Assembly: GCA_964016885.1 (NCBI GenBank)
Contig: OZ024743.1
Coordinates: forward strand, 18,662,001 to 18,726,000
DNA length: 64,000 nt
Reading direction: 5' to 3'
Source: Eledone cirrhosa
Lineage: Eukaryota
Positions 42,001 through 57,000 of the stretch are shown here, piece after piece (the first letter of the stretch is position 1; each line of letters opens with the position of its first letter). The position numbers and the translations under genes were made by a program. Below the pieces are notes generated by a model. That model was not told the DNA's origin. It searched no databases and worked only from the letters and a program-made list of their open reading frames with translations.

Positions 42001-45000
42001 AAATTCCTTATAATTATCTCCAATTCATTTGTCGAGCAATATTTGGCCATGACTGCTAATATGGTAGTAAGCTGGCCGCTGTCTTAATAACCACTAGCTT
42101 TCCACTGATTGACCTCGATGTTACGTGATTGATTCTTTTTCTGAATTTGCCGCGGACGTAGCTGCAGTGATTTTCTCAATGGCTTGGAATCCAGTCCAGG
42201 CATCGCTATTTCCATTCCACTGAATTATTTTTTTAATAAGTTTCCAGTGTCCTCGCTATGCCTTGAGACCTATACGGAAAAAGACTTTCCTGATGACGGA
42301 ATGATTTTCGATATGTTTCTTCGGAAAATATATTTACTCCATTCCAGAAACTAATTAGTTGGAAGTGATTTTTCAGTAAGTAAGTTAATTTTATAATTTT
42401 CTTATTTTACGTCTCTCATACTATTGTTCTGCAACCCCATGCATTGAACCACATTGTTAATAAGACAAAACCTATATATTTGCTAGCATTGATATGCATC
42501 TGTGTGTATATACATGTTGCTACATATAAATTCCTTATAATTATCTCCAATTCATTTGTCGAGCAATATTTGGCCATGACTGCTACTATGGTAGTAAGCT
42601 GGCCGCTGTCTTAATAACCACTCGCTTTCCGCTGATTGACCTCGATGTCACATGATTGATTCTTTTTGAATTTGCCGCGGACGTAGAGACAGTGATTCTC
42701 TCAATGGCTTGGAATCCAGTCCAGGCATCGCTATTTCCATTCCACTGAATTATTTTTTTAATAAGTTTCCAGTGTCCTCGCTATGCCTGGAGACCTATAC
42801 GGGAAAAGACTTTCCTGATGACGGAAAGATTTTCTATATGTTTCTTCGGAAAATATATTTACTCCAATCCAGAAACTAATTAGTTGGAAGTGATTTTTCA
42901 GTAAGTAAGTTAATTTTATAATTTTCTTATTTTACGTCTCTCATATTATTGTTCTGCAACCCCATGCATTGAACCACATTGTTAATAAGACAAAACCTAT
43001 ATATTTGCTAGCATTGATATGCATGTGTGTGTATATAAATGTTACTAGATATAAATTCCTTATAATTATCTCCAATTCATTTGTCGAGCAATATTTGGCC
43101 ATGACTGCTACTATGGTAGTAAGCTGGCCGCTGTCTTAATAACCACTCGCTTTCCACTGATTCACCTCGATGTCACGTGATTGACTCTTTTTGAATTTGC
43201 TCCGGACGTAGAAGCAGTGATTTTCTCAATGGCTTGGAATCCAGTCCACGCATCGCTATTTCCATTCGACTGAAGTATTTTTTTAATAAGTTTCCAGTGT
43301 CCTCGCTATGCCTGGAGACCTATACGGAAAAATACTTTCCTGATGACGGAATGATTTTCTTTGTTTCTTCGGAAAATATATTTACTCCATTCCAGAAACT
43401 AATTAGTTGGAAGTGATTTTTTAGGAAGTAAGTTAATTTTATAATTTTCTTATTTTACGTCTCTCATATTATTGTTCTGCAACCCCATGCATTGAACCAC
43501 ATTGTTAATAAGACAAAACCTATATATTTGCTAGCATTGATATGCATCTGTGTGTAAATAAATGTTACTAGATATAAATTCCTTATAATTATCTCCAATT
43601 CATTTGTCGAGCAATATTTGGCCATGACTGCTAATATGGTAGTAAGCTGGCCGCTGTCTTAATAACCACTCGCTTTCCACTGATTGACCTCGATGTCACG
43701 TGATTGATTGTTTTTGAATTTGCCGCGGATCTAGAGGCAGTGATTTTCTCAATGGCTTGGAATCCCGTCCACGCATCGCTATTTCCATTCCACTGAATTA
43801 TTTTTTTAATAAGTTTCCAGTGTCCTCGCTATGCCTGGATTCCTATACGTAAAAAGTCTTTCCTGATGACGGAATTATTTTCGATATGTTTCTTCGGAAA
43901 ATATATTTACTCCATTCCAGAAACTAATTAGTTGGAAGTTATTTTTTAGTAAGTAAGTTAATTTTATAATTTTCTTATCTTACGTCTCTCATATTATTGT
44001 TCTGCAACCCCATGCATTGAACCACATAGTTAATAAGACGAAACCTATGTATTTGCTAGCATTGATATGCATCTGTGTGTATATAAATGTTACTAGATAA
44101 AAATTCCTTATAATTATCTCCAATTCATTTGTCGAGCAATATTTGGCCATGACTGCTACTATGGTAGTAAGCTGGCCGCTGTCTTAATAACCACTCGCTT
44201 TCCACTGATTCACCTCGATGTCACGTGATTGATTCTTTTTGAATTTGCTCAGGACGTAGAGGCAGTGATTCTCTCAATGGCTTGGAATCCAGTCCACGCA
44301 TCGCTATTTCCATTCAACTGAATTATTTTTTTAATAAGTTTCCAGTGTCCTTGCTATGCCTGGAGACCTATACGGAACAATACTTTCCTGATGACGGAAT
44401 GATTTTCTTCGTTTCTTCGGAAAATATATTTACTCCATTCCAGAAACTAATTAGTTGGAAGTGATTTTTCAGTAAGTAAGTTAATTTTATAATTTTCTTA
44501 TTTTACGTCTCTCATATTATTGTTCTGCAACCCCATGCATTGAACCACATTGTTAATAAGACAAAACCTATATATTTGCTAGCATTGATATGCATGTGTG
44601 TGTATATAAGTGTTACTAGATATAAATTCCTTATAATTATCTCCAATTCATTTGTCGAGCAATATTTGGCCATGACTGCTACTATGGTAGTAAGCTGGCC
44701 GCTGTCTTAATAACCACTCGCTTTCCACTGATTCACCTCGATGTCACGTGATTGATTCTTTTTGAATTTGCTCCGGACGTAGAGGCAGTGATTTTCTCAA
44801 TGGCTTGGAATCCAGTCCACGCATCGCTATTTCCATTCCACTGAATTATTTTTTTAATAAGTTTCCAGTGTCCTCGCTATGCCTGGAGACCTATACGGAA
44901 AAATACTTTCCTGATGACGGAATGATTTTCTTTGTTTCTTCGGAAAATATATTTACTCCATTCCAGAAACTAATTAGTTGGAAGTGATTTTTTAGGAAGT

Positions 45001-48000
45001 AAGTTAATTTTATAATTTTCTTATTTTACGTCTCTCATATTATTTTTCTGCAACCCCATGCATTGAACCACATTGTTAATAAGACAAAACCTATATATTT
45101 GCTAGCATTGATATGCATCAGTGTGTAAATAAATGTTACTAGATATAAATTCCTTATAATTATCTCCAATTCATTTGTCGAGCAATATTTGGCCACGACT
45201 GCTACTATGGTAGTAAACTGGCCGCTGTCTTAATAACCACTCGCTTTCCACTGATTGACCTCGATATCACGTGATTGATTCTTTTTGAATTTGCCACGGA
45301 CGTAGAGGCAGTGATTTTCTCAATGGCTTGGAATCGAGTCCACGCATCGCTATTTCCATTCCACTGAATTATTATTTGAATAAGTTTCCAGTGTCCTCGC
45401 TATGCCTTGAGACCTATACGGAAAAAGACTTTCCTGATGACGGAATGATTTTCGATATGTTTCTTCGGAAAATATATTTACTCCATTCCAGAAACTAATT
45501 AGTTGGAAGTGATTTTTTAGTAAGTAAGTTAATTTTATAATTTTCTTATTTTACGTCTCTCATACTATTGTTCTGCAACCCCATGCATTGAACCACGTTG
45601 TTAATAAGACAAAACCTATATATTTGCTAGCATTGATATGCAACTGTGTGTATATAAATGTTGCTACATATAAATTCCTTATAATTATCTCCAATTCATT
45701 TGTCGAGCAATATTTGGCAATGACTGCTACTATGGTAGTAAGCTGGCCGCCGTCTTAATAACCACTCGCTTTCCACTGATTGACCTCCATGTCACATGAT
45801 TGATTCTTTTTGAATTTGCCGCGGACGTAGAGGCAGTGATTTTCTCAATGGCTTGGAATCCAGTCCACGCATCGCTATTCCCATTCCACTGAATTATTTT
45901 TTTAATAAGTTTCCAGTGTCCTCGCTATGCCTGGAGACCTATACGGGAAAAGACTTTCCTGATGACGGAAAGATTTTCTATATGTTTCTTCGGAAAATAT
46001 ATTTACTCCATTCCAGAAACTAATTAGTTGGAAGTGATTTTTTAGTAAGTAAGTTAATTTTATAATTTTCTTATTTTACGTCTCTCATATTATTGTTCTG
46101 CAACCCCATGCATTGAACTACATTGTTAATAAGACAAAAACTATATATTTGCTAGCATTGATATGCATGTGTGTGTATATAAATGTTACTAGATATAAAT
46201 TCCTTATAATTATCTCCAATTCATTTGTCGAGCAATATTTAGCCATGACTGCTACTATGGTAGTAAGCTGGCCGCTGTCTTAATAACCACTCGCTTTCCA
46301 CTGATTCACCTCGATGTCACGTGATTGATTCTTTTTGAATTTGCTCCGGACGTAGAGGCAGTGATTTTCTCAATGGCTTGGAATCCAGTCCACGCATCGC
46401 TATTTCCATTCCACTGAATTATTTTTTTAATAAGTTTCCAGTGTCCTCGCTATGCCTGGAGACCTATACGGAAAAATACTTTCCTGATGACGGAATGATT
46501 TTCTTTGTTTCTTCGGAAAATATATTTACTCCGTTCCAGAAACTAATTAGTTGGAAGTGATTTTTAAGGAAGTAAGTTAATTTTATAATTTTCTTATTTT
46601 ACGTCTCTCATATTATTGTTCTGCAACCCCATGCATTGAACCACGTTGTTAATAAGACAAAACCTATATATTTGCTAGCATTGATATGCATCTGTGTGTA
46701 TATAAATGTTACTAGATATAAATTCCTTATAATTATCTCCAATTCATTTGTCGAGCAATATTTGGCCATGACTGCTAATATGGTAGTAATTGGCCGCTGT
46801 CTTAATAACCACTCGCTTTCCACTGATTGACCTCGATGTCACGTGATTGATTCTTTTTCTGAATTTGCCGCGGACGTAGAGGCAGTGATTTTCTCAATGG
46901 CTTGGAATCCAGTCCAGGCATCGCTATTTCCATTCCACTGAATTATTTTTTTAATAAGTTTCCAGTGTCCTCGCTATGCCTTGAGACCTATACGGAAAAA
47001 GACTTTCCTGGTGACGGAATGATTTTCTTTATGTTTCTTCGGAAAATATATTTACTCCATTCCAGAAACTAATTAGTTGGAAGTGATTTTTTAGGAAGTA
47101 AGTTAATTTTATAATTTTCTTATTTTAAGTCTCTCATATTATCGTTCTGCAACCCCATGCATTGAACCACATTGTTAATAAGACAAAACCTATATATTTG
47201 CTAGCATTGATATGCATCTGTGTGTATATAAATATTACTAGATATAAATTCCTTATAATTATCTCCAATTCATTTGTCGAGCAATATTTGGCCACGACTG
47301 CTACTATGGTAGTAAACTGGCCGCTGTCTTAATAACCACTCGCTTTCCACTGATTGACCTCGATATCACGTGATTGATTCTTTTTGAATTTGCCACGGAC
47401 GTAGAGGCAGTGATTTTCTCAATGGCTTGGAATCGAGTCCACGCATCGCTATTTCCATTCCACTGAATTATTATTTGAATAAGTTTCCAGTGTCCTCGCT
47501 ATGCCTTGAGACCTATACGGAAAAAGACTTTCCTGATGACGGAATGATTTTCGATATGTTTCTTCGGAAAATATATTTACTCCATTCCAGAAACTAATTA
47601 GTTGGAAGTGATTTTTTAGTAAGTAAGTTAATTTTATAATTTTCTTATTTTACGTCTCTCATACTATTGTTCTGCAACCCCATGCATTGAACCACGTTGT
47701 TAATAAGACAAAACCTATATATTTGCTAGCATTGATATGCAACTGTGTGTATATAAATGTTGCTACATATAAATTCCTTATAATTATCTCCAATTCATTT
47801 GTCGAGCAATATTTGGGAATGACTGCTACTATGGTAGTAAGCTGGCCGCCGTCTTAATAACCACTCGCTTTCCACTGATTGACCTCCATGTCACATGATT
47901 GATTCTTTTTGAATTTGCCGCGGACGTAGAGGCAGTGATTTTCTCAATGGCTTGGAATCCAGTCCACGCATCGCTATTCCCATTCCACTGAATTATTTTT

Positions 48001-51000
48001 TTAATAAGTTTCCAGTGTCCTCGCTATGCCTGGAGACCTATACGGGAAAAGACTTTCCTGATGACGGAAAGATTTTCTATATGTTTCTTCGGAAAATATA
48101 TTTACTCCATTCCAGAAACTAATTAGTTGGAAGTGATTTTTTAGTAAGTAAGTTAATTTTATAATTTTCTTATTTTACGTCTCTCATATTATTGTTCTGC
48201 AACCCCATGCATTGAACTACATTGTTAATAAGACAAAAACTATATATTTGCTAGCATTGATATGCATGTGTGTGTATATAAATGTTACTAGATATAAATT
48301 CCTTATAATTATCTCCAATTCATTTGTCGAGCAATATTTAGCCATGACTGCTACTATGGTAGTAAGCTGGCCGCTGTCTTAATAACCACTCGCTTTCCAC
48401 TGATTCACCTCGATGTCACGTGATTGATTCTTTTTGAATTTGCTCCGGACGTAGAGGCAGTGATTTTCTCAATGGCTTGGAATCCAGTCCACGCATCGCT
48501 ATTTCCATTCCACTGAATTATTTTTTTAATAAGTTTCCAGTGTCCTCGCTATGCCTGGAGACCTATACGGAAAAATACTTTCCTGATGACGGAATGATTT
48601 TCTTTGTTTCTTCGGAAAATATATTTACTCCGTTCCAGAAACTAATTAGTTGGAAGTGATTTTTAAGGAAGTAAGTTAATTTTATAATTTTCTTATTTTA
48701 CGTCTCTCATATTATTGTTCTGCAACCCCATGCATTGAACCACGTTGTTAATAAGACAAAACCTATATATTTGCTAGCATTGATATGCATCTGTGTGTAT
48801 ATAAATGTTACTAGATATAAATTCCTTATAATTATCTCCAATTCATTTGTCGAGCAATATTTGGCCATGACTGCTAATATGGTAGTAATTGGCCGCTGTC
48901 TTAATAACCACCCGCTTTCCACTGATTGACCTCGATGTCACGTGATTGATTCTTTTTCTGAATTTGCCGCGGACGTAGAGGCAGTGATTTTCTCAATGGC
49001 TTGGAATCCAGTCCAGGCATCGCTATTTCCATTCCACTGAATTATTTTTTTAATAAGTTTCCAGTGTCCTCGCTATGCCTTGAGACCTATACGGAAAAAG
49101 ACTTTCCTGGTGACGGAATGATTTTCTTTATGTTTCTTCGGAAAATATATTTACTCCATTCCAGAAACTAATTAGTTGGAAGTGATTTTTTAGGAAGTAA
49201 GTTAATTTTATAATTTTCTTATTTTAAGTCTCTCATATTATCGTTCTGCAACCCCATGCATTGAACCACATTGTTAATAAGACAAAACCTATATATTTGC
49301 TAGCATTGATATGCATCTGTGTGTATATAAATGTTACTAGATATAAATTCCTTATAATTATCTGCAATTCATTTGTCGAGCAATATTTGGCCATGACTGC
49401 TACTATGGCAGTAAGCTGGCCGCTGTCTTAATAACCACTCCCTTTCCACTGATTGACCTCGATGTCACATGATTGATTCTTTTTGAATTTGCCGCGGACG
49501 TAGAGGCAGTGATTTTCTCAATGGCTTGGAATCCAGTCCACGCATCGCTATTTCCATTCCACTGAATTATTTTTTTAATAAGTTTCCAGTGTCCTCGCTA
49601 TGCCTGGATACCTATACGTAAAAAGTCTTTCCTGATGACGGAATGATTTTCGATATGTTTCTTCGGAAAATATATTTACTCCATTCCAGAAACTAATTAG
49701 TTGGAAGTGATTTTTTAGTAAGTAAGTTAATTTTATAATTTTCTTATCTTACGTCTCTCATATGATTGTTCTGCAACCCCATGCATTGAACCACATTGTT
49801 AATAAGACAAAACCAATGTATTTGCTAGCATTGATATGCATCTGTGTGTCTATAAATGTTACTAGATATAAATTCCTTATAATTATCTCCAATTCATTTG
49901 TCGAGCAATATTTGGCCATGACTGCTACTATGGTAGTAAGCTGGCCGCTGTCTTAATAACCACTCGCTTTACACTGATTGACCTCGATATCACGTGATTG
50001 ATTCTTTTTGAATTTGCCGCGGACGTAGAGGCAGTGATTTTCTCAATGGCTTGGAATCCAGTCCACGCATCGCTATTTCCATTCCACTGAATTATTTTTT
50101 TAATAGGTTTCCAGTGTCCTCGCTATGCCTGGAGACCTATACGGAAAAAGAATTTCCTTCGGACGGAAAGATTTTCTATATGTTTCTTCGGAAAATCTAT
50201 TTACTCCATTCCAGAAACTAATTAGTTGGAAGTGATTTTTTAGTAAGTTAATTTTATAATTTTTTTTATTTTACGTCTCTCATATTATTGTTCTGCAACC
50301 CCATGCATTGAACCACATTGTTAATAAGACAAAACCTATATATTTGCTAGCATTGATATGCATCTGTGTGTATATAAATGTTACTAGATATAAATTCCTT
50401 ATAATTATCTCCAATTCATTTGTCTAGCAATATTTGGCCATGACTGCTACTATGGTAGTAAGCTGGCCGCTGTCTTAATAACCACTCGCATTCCACTGAT
50501 TGACCTCGATGTAACGTGATTGATTGTTTTTAAATTTGCCGCGGACGTAGAGGCAGTGATTTTCTCAATATCTTGGAATCCAGTCCACGCATCGCTATTT
50601 CCATTCCACTGAATAATTTTTTTAATAATTTTCCAGTGTCCTCGCTATGCCTGGAGACCTATACGGAAAAAGACTTTCCTGATGACGGAATGATTTTCGA
50701 TATGTTTCTTCGGAAAATATATATACTCCATTCCAGAAACTAATTAGTTGGACGTGATTTTTTAGTAAGTAAGTTAATTTTATAATTTTCTTATTTTACG
50801 TCTTCATATTATTGTTCTGCAACCCCATGCATTGAACCACATTGTTAATATGACAAAACCTATATATTTGCTAGCATTGATATTCATCTGTGTGTATATA
50901 AATTTTACTAGATATAAATTCCTTATAATTATCTCCAATTCATTTGTCGAGCAATATATGGCCATGACTGCTACTATGGTAGTAAGCTGGCCGCTGTCTT

Positions 51001-54000
51001 AATAACCACTCGCTTTCCACTGATTTACCTCGATGTAACGTGATTGATTGTTTTTAAATTTGCCTCGGACGTAGAGGCAGTGATTTTCTCAATGGCTTGG
51101 AATCCAGTCCACGCATCGCTATTTCCATTCCACTGAATTATTTGTTTAATAAGTTTCCAGTGTCCTCGCTATGCCTGGAGACCTATACGGAAAAATACTT
51201 TCCTGATGACGGAATGATTTTCTTTGTTTCTTCGGAAAATATATTTACTCCATTCCAGAAACTAATTAGTTGGAAGTGATTTTTAAGGAAGTAAGTTAAT
51301 TTTATAATTTTCTTATTTTACGTCTCTCAAATTATTGTTCTGCAACCCCATGCATTGAACCACGTTGTTAATAAGACAAAATCTATATATTTGCTAGCAT
51401 TGATATGCATATGTGTGTATATAAATGTTACTAGATATAAATTCCTTATAATTATCTCCAATTCATTTGTCGAGCAATATTTGGCCATGACTGCTAATAT
51501 GGTAGTAAGCTGGCCGCTGTCTTAATAACCACTCGCTTTCCACTGATTGACCTCGATGTCACGTGATTGATTCTTTTTCTGAATTTGCCGCGGACGTAGA
51601 GGCAGTGATTTTCTCAATGGCATGGAATCCAGTCCACGCATCGCTATTTCCATTCCACTGAATTATTTTTTTAATAAGTTTCCAGTGTCCTCGCTATGCC
51701 TTGAGACCTATACGGAAAAAGACTTTCCTGATGACGGAATGATTTTCGATATCTTTCTTCGGAAAATATATTTACTCCATTCCAGAAACTAATTAGTTGG
51801 AAGTGATTTTTTAGTAAGTAAGTTCATTTTATAATTTTCTTATTTTACGTCTTTCATATTATTGTTCTGCAACCCCATGCATTGAACCACATTGTTAATA
51901 TGACAAAACCCATATATTTGCTAGCATTGATATTCAGCTGTGTGTATATAAATGTTACTACATATAAATTCCTTATAATTATCTCCAATTCATTTGTCGA
52001 GCAATATTTGGCCATGACTGCTACTATGGTAGTAAGCTGGCCGCTGTCTTAATAACCACTCGCTTTCCACTGATTCACCTCGATGTCACGTGATTGATTC
52101 TTTTTGAATTTGCTCCGGACGTAGAGGCAGTGATTTTCTCGATGGCTTGGAATCCAGTCCACGCATCGCTATTTCCATTCCACTGAATTATTTTTTTAAA
52201 AGGTTTCCAGTGTCCTCGCCATGCCTGGAGACCTATACGGAAAAAGAATTTCCTTCGGACGGAAAGATTTTCTATATGTTTCTTCGGAAAATCTATTTAC
52301 TCCATTCCAGAAACTAATTAGTTGGAATGATTTTTTAGTAAGTTAATTTTATAAATTTTTTTATTTTACGTCTCTCATATTATTGTTCTGCAACCCCATG
52401 CATTGAACCACATTGTTAATAAGACAAAACCTATATATTTGCTAGCATTGATATGCATCTGTGTGTATATAAATGTTACTAGATATAAATTCCTTATAAT
52501 TATCTCCAATTCATTTGTCGAGCAATATTTGGCCATGACTGCTACTATGGTAGTAAGCTGGCCGCTGTCTTAATAACCACTCGCATTCCACTGATTGACC
52601 TCGATGTAACGTGATTGATTGTTTTTAAATTTGCCGCGGACGTAGAGGCAGTGATTTTCTCAATGGCTTGGAATCCAGTCCACGCATCGCTATTTCCATT
52701 CCACTGAATTATTTTTTTAATAAGTTTCCAGTGTCCTCGCTATGCCTGGAGACCTATACGGAAAAAGACTTTCCTGATGACGGAATGATTTTCGATATGT
52801 TTCTTCGGAAAATATATATACTCCATTCCAGAAACTAATTAGTTGGACGTGATTTTTTAGTAAGTAAGTTAATTTTATAATTTTCTTATTTTAAGTCTTT
52901 CATATTATTGTTCTGCAACACCCATGCATTGAACCACGTTGTTAATATGACAAAACCTATATATTTGCTAGCATTGATATTCATCTGTGTGTATATAAAT
53001 GTTACTAGATATAAATTCCTTATAATTATCTCCAATTCATTTGTCGAGCAATATATGGCCATGACTGCTACTATGGTAGTAAGCTGGCCGCTGTCTTAAT
53101 AACCACTCGCTTTCCACTGATTGACCTCGATGTAACGTGATTGATTGTTTTTAAATTTGCCTCGGACGTAGAGGCAGTGATTTTCTCAATGGCTTGGAAT
53201 CCAGTCCACGCATCGCTATTTCCATTCCACTGAATTATTTGTTTAATAAGTTTCCAGTGTCCTCGCTATGCCTGGAGACCTATACGGAAAAATACTTTCC
53301 TGATGACGGAATGATTTTCTTTGTTTCTTCGGAAAATATATTTACTCCATTCCAGAAACTAATTAGTTGGAAGTGATTTTTAAGGAAGTAAGTTAATTTT
53401 ATAATTTTCTTATTTTACGTCTCTCAAATTATTGTTCTGCAACCCCATGCATTGAACCACGTTGTTAATAAGACAAAACCTATATATTTGCTAGCATTGA
53501 TATGCATCTGTGTGTATATAAATGTTACTAGATATAAATTCCTTATAATTATCTCCAATTCATTTGTCGAGCAATATTTGGCCATGACTGCTACTATGGC
53601 AGTAAGCTGGCCGCTGTCTTAATAACCACTCCCTTTCCACTGATTGACCTCGATGCACATGATTGATTCTTTTTGAATTTGCCGCGGACGTAGAGGCAGT
53701 GATTTTCTCAATGGCTTGGAATCCAGTCCACGCATCGCTATTTCCATTCCACTGAATTATTTTTTTAATAAGTTTCCAGTGTCCTCGCTATGCCTGGATA
53801 CCTATACGTAAAAAGTCTTTCCTGATGACGGAATGATTTTCGATATGTTTCTTCGGAAAATATATTTACTCCATTCCAGAAACTAATTAGTTGGAAGTGA
53901 TTTTTTAGTAAGTAAGTTAATTTTATAATTTTCTTATCTTACGTCTCTCAAATTATTGTTCTGCAACCCCATGCATTGAACCACGTTGTTAATAAGACAA

Positions 54001-57000
54001 AACCTATATATTTGCTAGCATTGATATGCATCTGTGTGTATATAAATGTTACTAGATATAAATTCCTTATAATTATCTCCAATTCATTTGTCGAGCAATA
54101 TTTGGCCATGACTGCTACTATGGTAGTAAGCTGGCCGCTGTCTTAATAACCACTCGCTTTACACTGATTGACCTCGATATCACGTGATTGATTCTTTTTG
54201 AATTTGCCGCGGACGTAGAGGCAGTGATTTTCTCAATGGCTTGGAATCCAGTCCACGCATCGCTATTTTCCATTCCACTGAATTATTTTTTTAATAGGGT
54301 TCCAGTGTCCTCGCTATGCCTGGAGACCTATACGGAAAAAGAATTTCATTCGGACGGAAAGATTTTCTATATGTTTCTTCGGAAAATCTATTTACTCCAT
54401 TCCAGAAACTAATTAGTTGGAAGTGATTTTTTAGTAAGTTAATTTTATAATTTTTTTTATTTTACGTCTCTCATATTATTGTTCTGCAACCCCATGCATT
54501 GAACCACATTGTTAATAAGACAAAACCTATATATTTGCTAGCATTGATATGCATCTGTGTGTATATAAATGTTACTAGATATAAATTCCTTATAATTATC
54601 TCCAATTCATTTGTCGAGCAATATTTGGCCATGACTGCTACTATGGTAGTAAGCTGGCCGCTGTCTTAATAACCACTCGCATTCCACTGATTGACCTCGA
54701 TGTAACGTGATTGATTGTTTTTAAATTTGCCGCGGACGTAGAGGCAGTGATTTTCTCAATGTCTTGGAATCCAGTCCACGCATCGCTATTTCCATTCCAC
54801 TGAATAATTTTTTTAATAAGTTTCCAGTGTCCTCGCTATGCCTGGAGACCTATACGGAAAAAGACTTTCCTGATGACGGAAAGATTTTCCATATGTTTCT
54901 TAGGAAAATATATATACTCCATTCCAGAAACTAATTAGTTGGACGTGATTTTTTAGTAAGTAAGTTAATTTTATAATTTTCTTATTTTACGTCTCTCATA
55001 TTATTGTTCTGCAACCCCATGCATTGAACCACATTGTTAATAAGACAAAACCTATATATTTGCTAGCATTGATATGCATGTGTGTGTATATAAATGTTAC
55101 TAGATATACATTCCTTATAATTATCTCCAATTCATTTGTCGAGCAATATTTGGCCATGACTGCTACTCTGGTAGTAAGCTGGCTGCTGTCTTAATAACCA
55201 CTCGCTTTCCACTGATTGACCTCGATGTCACGTGATTGATTCTTTTTGAATTTGCTCCGGACGTAGAGGCAGTGATTTTCTCAATGGCTTGGAATCGAGT
55301 CCACGCATCGCTATTTCCATTCCACTGAATTATTTTTTTAATAGGTTTCCAGTGTCCTCGCTATGCCTGGAGACCTATACGGAAAAAGAATTTCCTTCGG
55401 ACGGAAAGATTTTCTATATGTTTCTTCGGAAAATCTATTTACTCCATTCCAGAAACTAATTAGTTGGAATGATTTTTTAGTAAGTTAATATTATAATTTT
55501 TTTTATTTTACGTCTCTCATATTATTGTTCTGCAACCCCATGCATTGAACCACATTGTTAATAAGACAAAACCTATATATTTGCTAGCATTGATATGCAT
55601 CTGTGTGTATATAAATGTTACTAGATATAAATTCCTTATAATTATCTCCAATTCATTTGTCGAGCAATATTTGGCCATGACTGCTACTATGGTAGTAAGC
55701 TGGCCGCTGTCTTAATAACCACTCGCATTCCACTGATTGACCTCGATGTAACGTGTTTGATTGTTTTTAAATTTGCCGCGGACGTAGAGGCAGTGATTTT
55801 CTCAATGGCTTGGAATCCAGTCCACGCATCGCTATTTCCATTCCACTGAATTATTTTTTTAATAAGTTTCCAGTGTCCTCGCTATGCCTGGAGACCTATA
55901 CGTAAAAAGACTTTCCTGATGACGGAATGATTTTCGATATGTTTCTTCGGAAAATATATATACTCCATTCCAGAAACTAATTAGTTGGACGTGATTTTTT
56001 AGTAAGTAAGTTAATTTTATAATTTTCTTATTTTACGTCTTTCATATTATTGTTCTGCAACCCCATGCATTGAACCACATTGTTAATATGACAAAACCTA
56101 TATATTTGCTAGCATTGATATTCATCTGTGTGTATATAAATGTTACTAGATATAAATTCCTTATAATTATCTCCAATTCATTTGTCGAGCAATATATGGC
56201 CATGACTGCTACTATGGTAGTAAGCTGGCCGCTGTCTTAATAACCACTCGCTTTCCACTGATTTACCTCGATGTAACGTGATTGATTGTTTTTAAATTTG
56301 CCTCGGACGTAGAGGCAGTGATTTTCTCAATGTCTTGGAATCCAGTCCACGCATCGCTATTTCCATTCCATTGAATTATTTGTTTAATAAGTTTCCAGTG
56401 TCCTCGCTATGCCTGGAGACCTATACGGAAAAATACTTTCCTGATGACGGAATGATTTTCTTTGTTTCTTCGGAAAATATATTTACTCCATTCCAGAAAC
56501 TAATTAGTTGGAAGTGATTTTTAAGGAAGTAAGTTAATTTTATAATTTTCTTATTTTACGTCTCTCAAATTATTGTTCTGCAACCCCATGCATTGAACCA
56601 CGTTGTTAATAAGACAAAACCTATATATTTGCTAGCATTGATATGCATCTGTGTGTATATAAATGTTACTAGATATAAATTCCTTATAATTATCTCCAAT
56701 TCATTTGTCGAGCAATATTTGGCCATGACTGCTAATATGGTAGTAAGCTGGCCGCTGTCTTAATAACCACTCGCTTTCCACTGATTGACCTCGATGTCAC
56801 GTGATTGATTCTTTTTCTGAATTTGCCGCGGACGTAGAGGCAGTGATTTTCTCAATGGCTTGGAATCCAGTCCAGGCATCGCTATTTCCATTCCACTGAA
56901 TTATTTTTTTAATAAGTTTCCAGTGTCCTCGCTATGCCTTGAGACCTATACGGAAAAAGACTTTCCTGATGACGGAATGATTTTCGATATCTTTCTTCGT

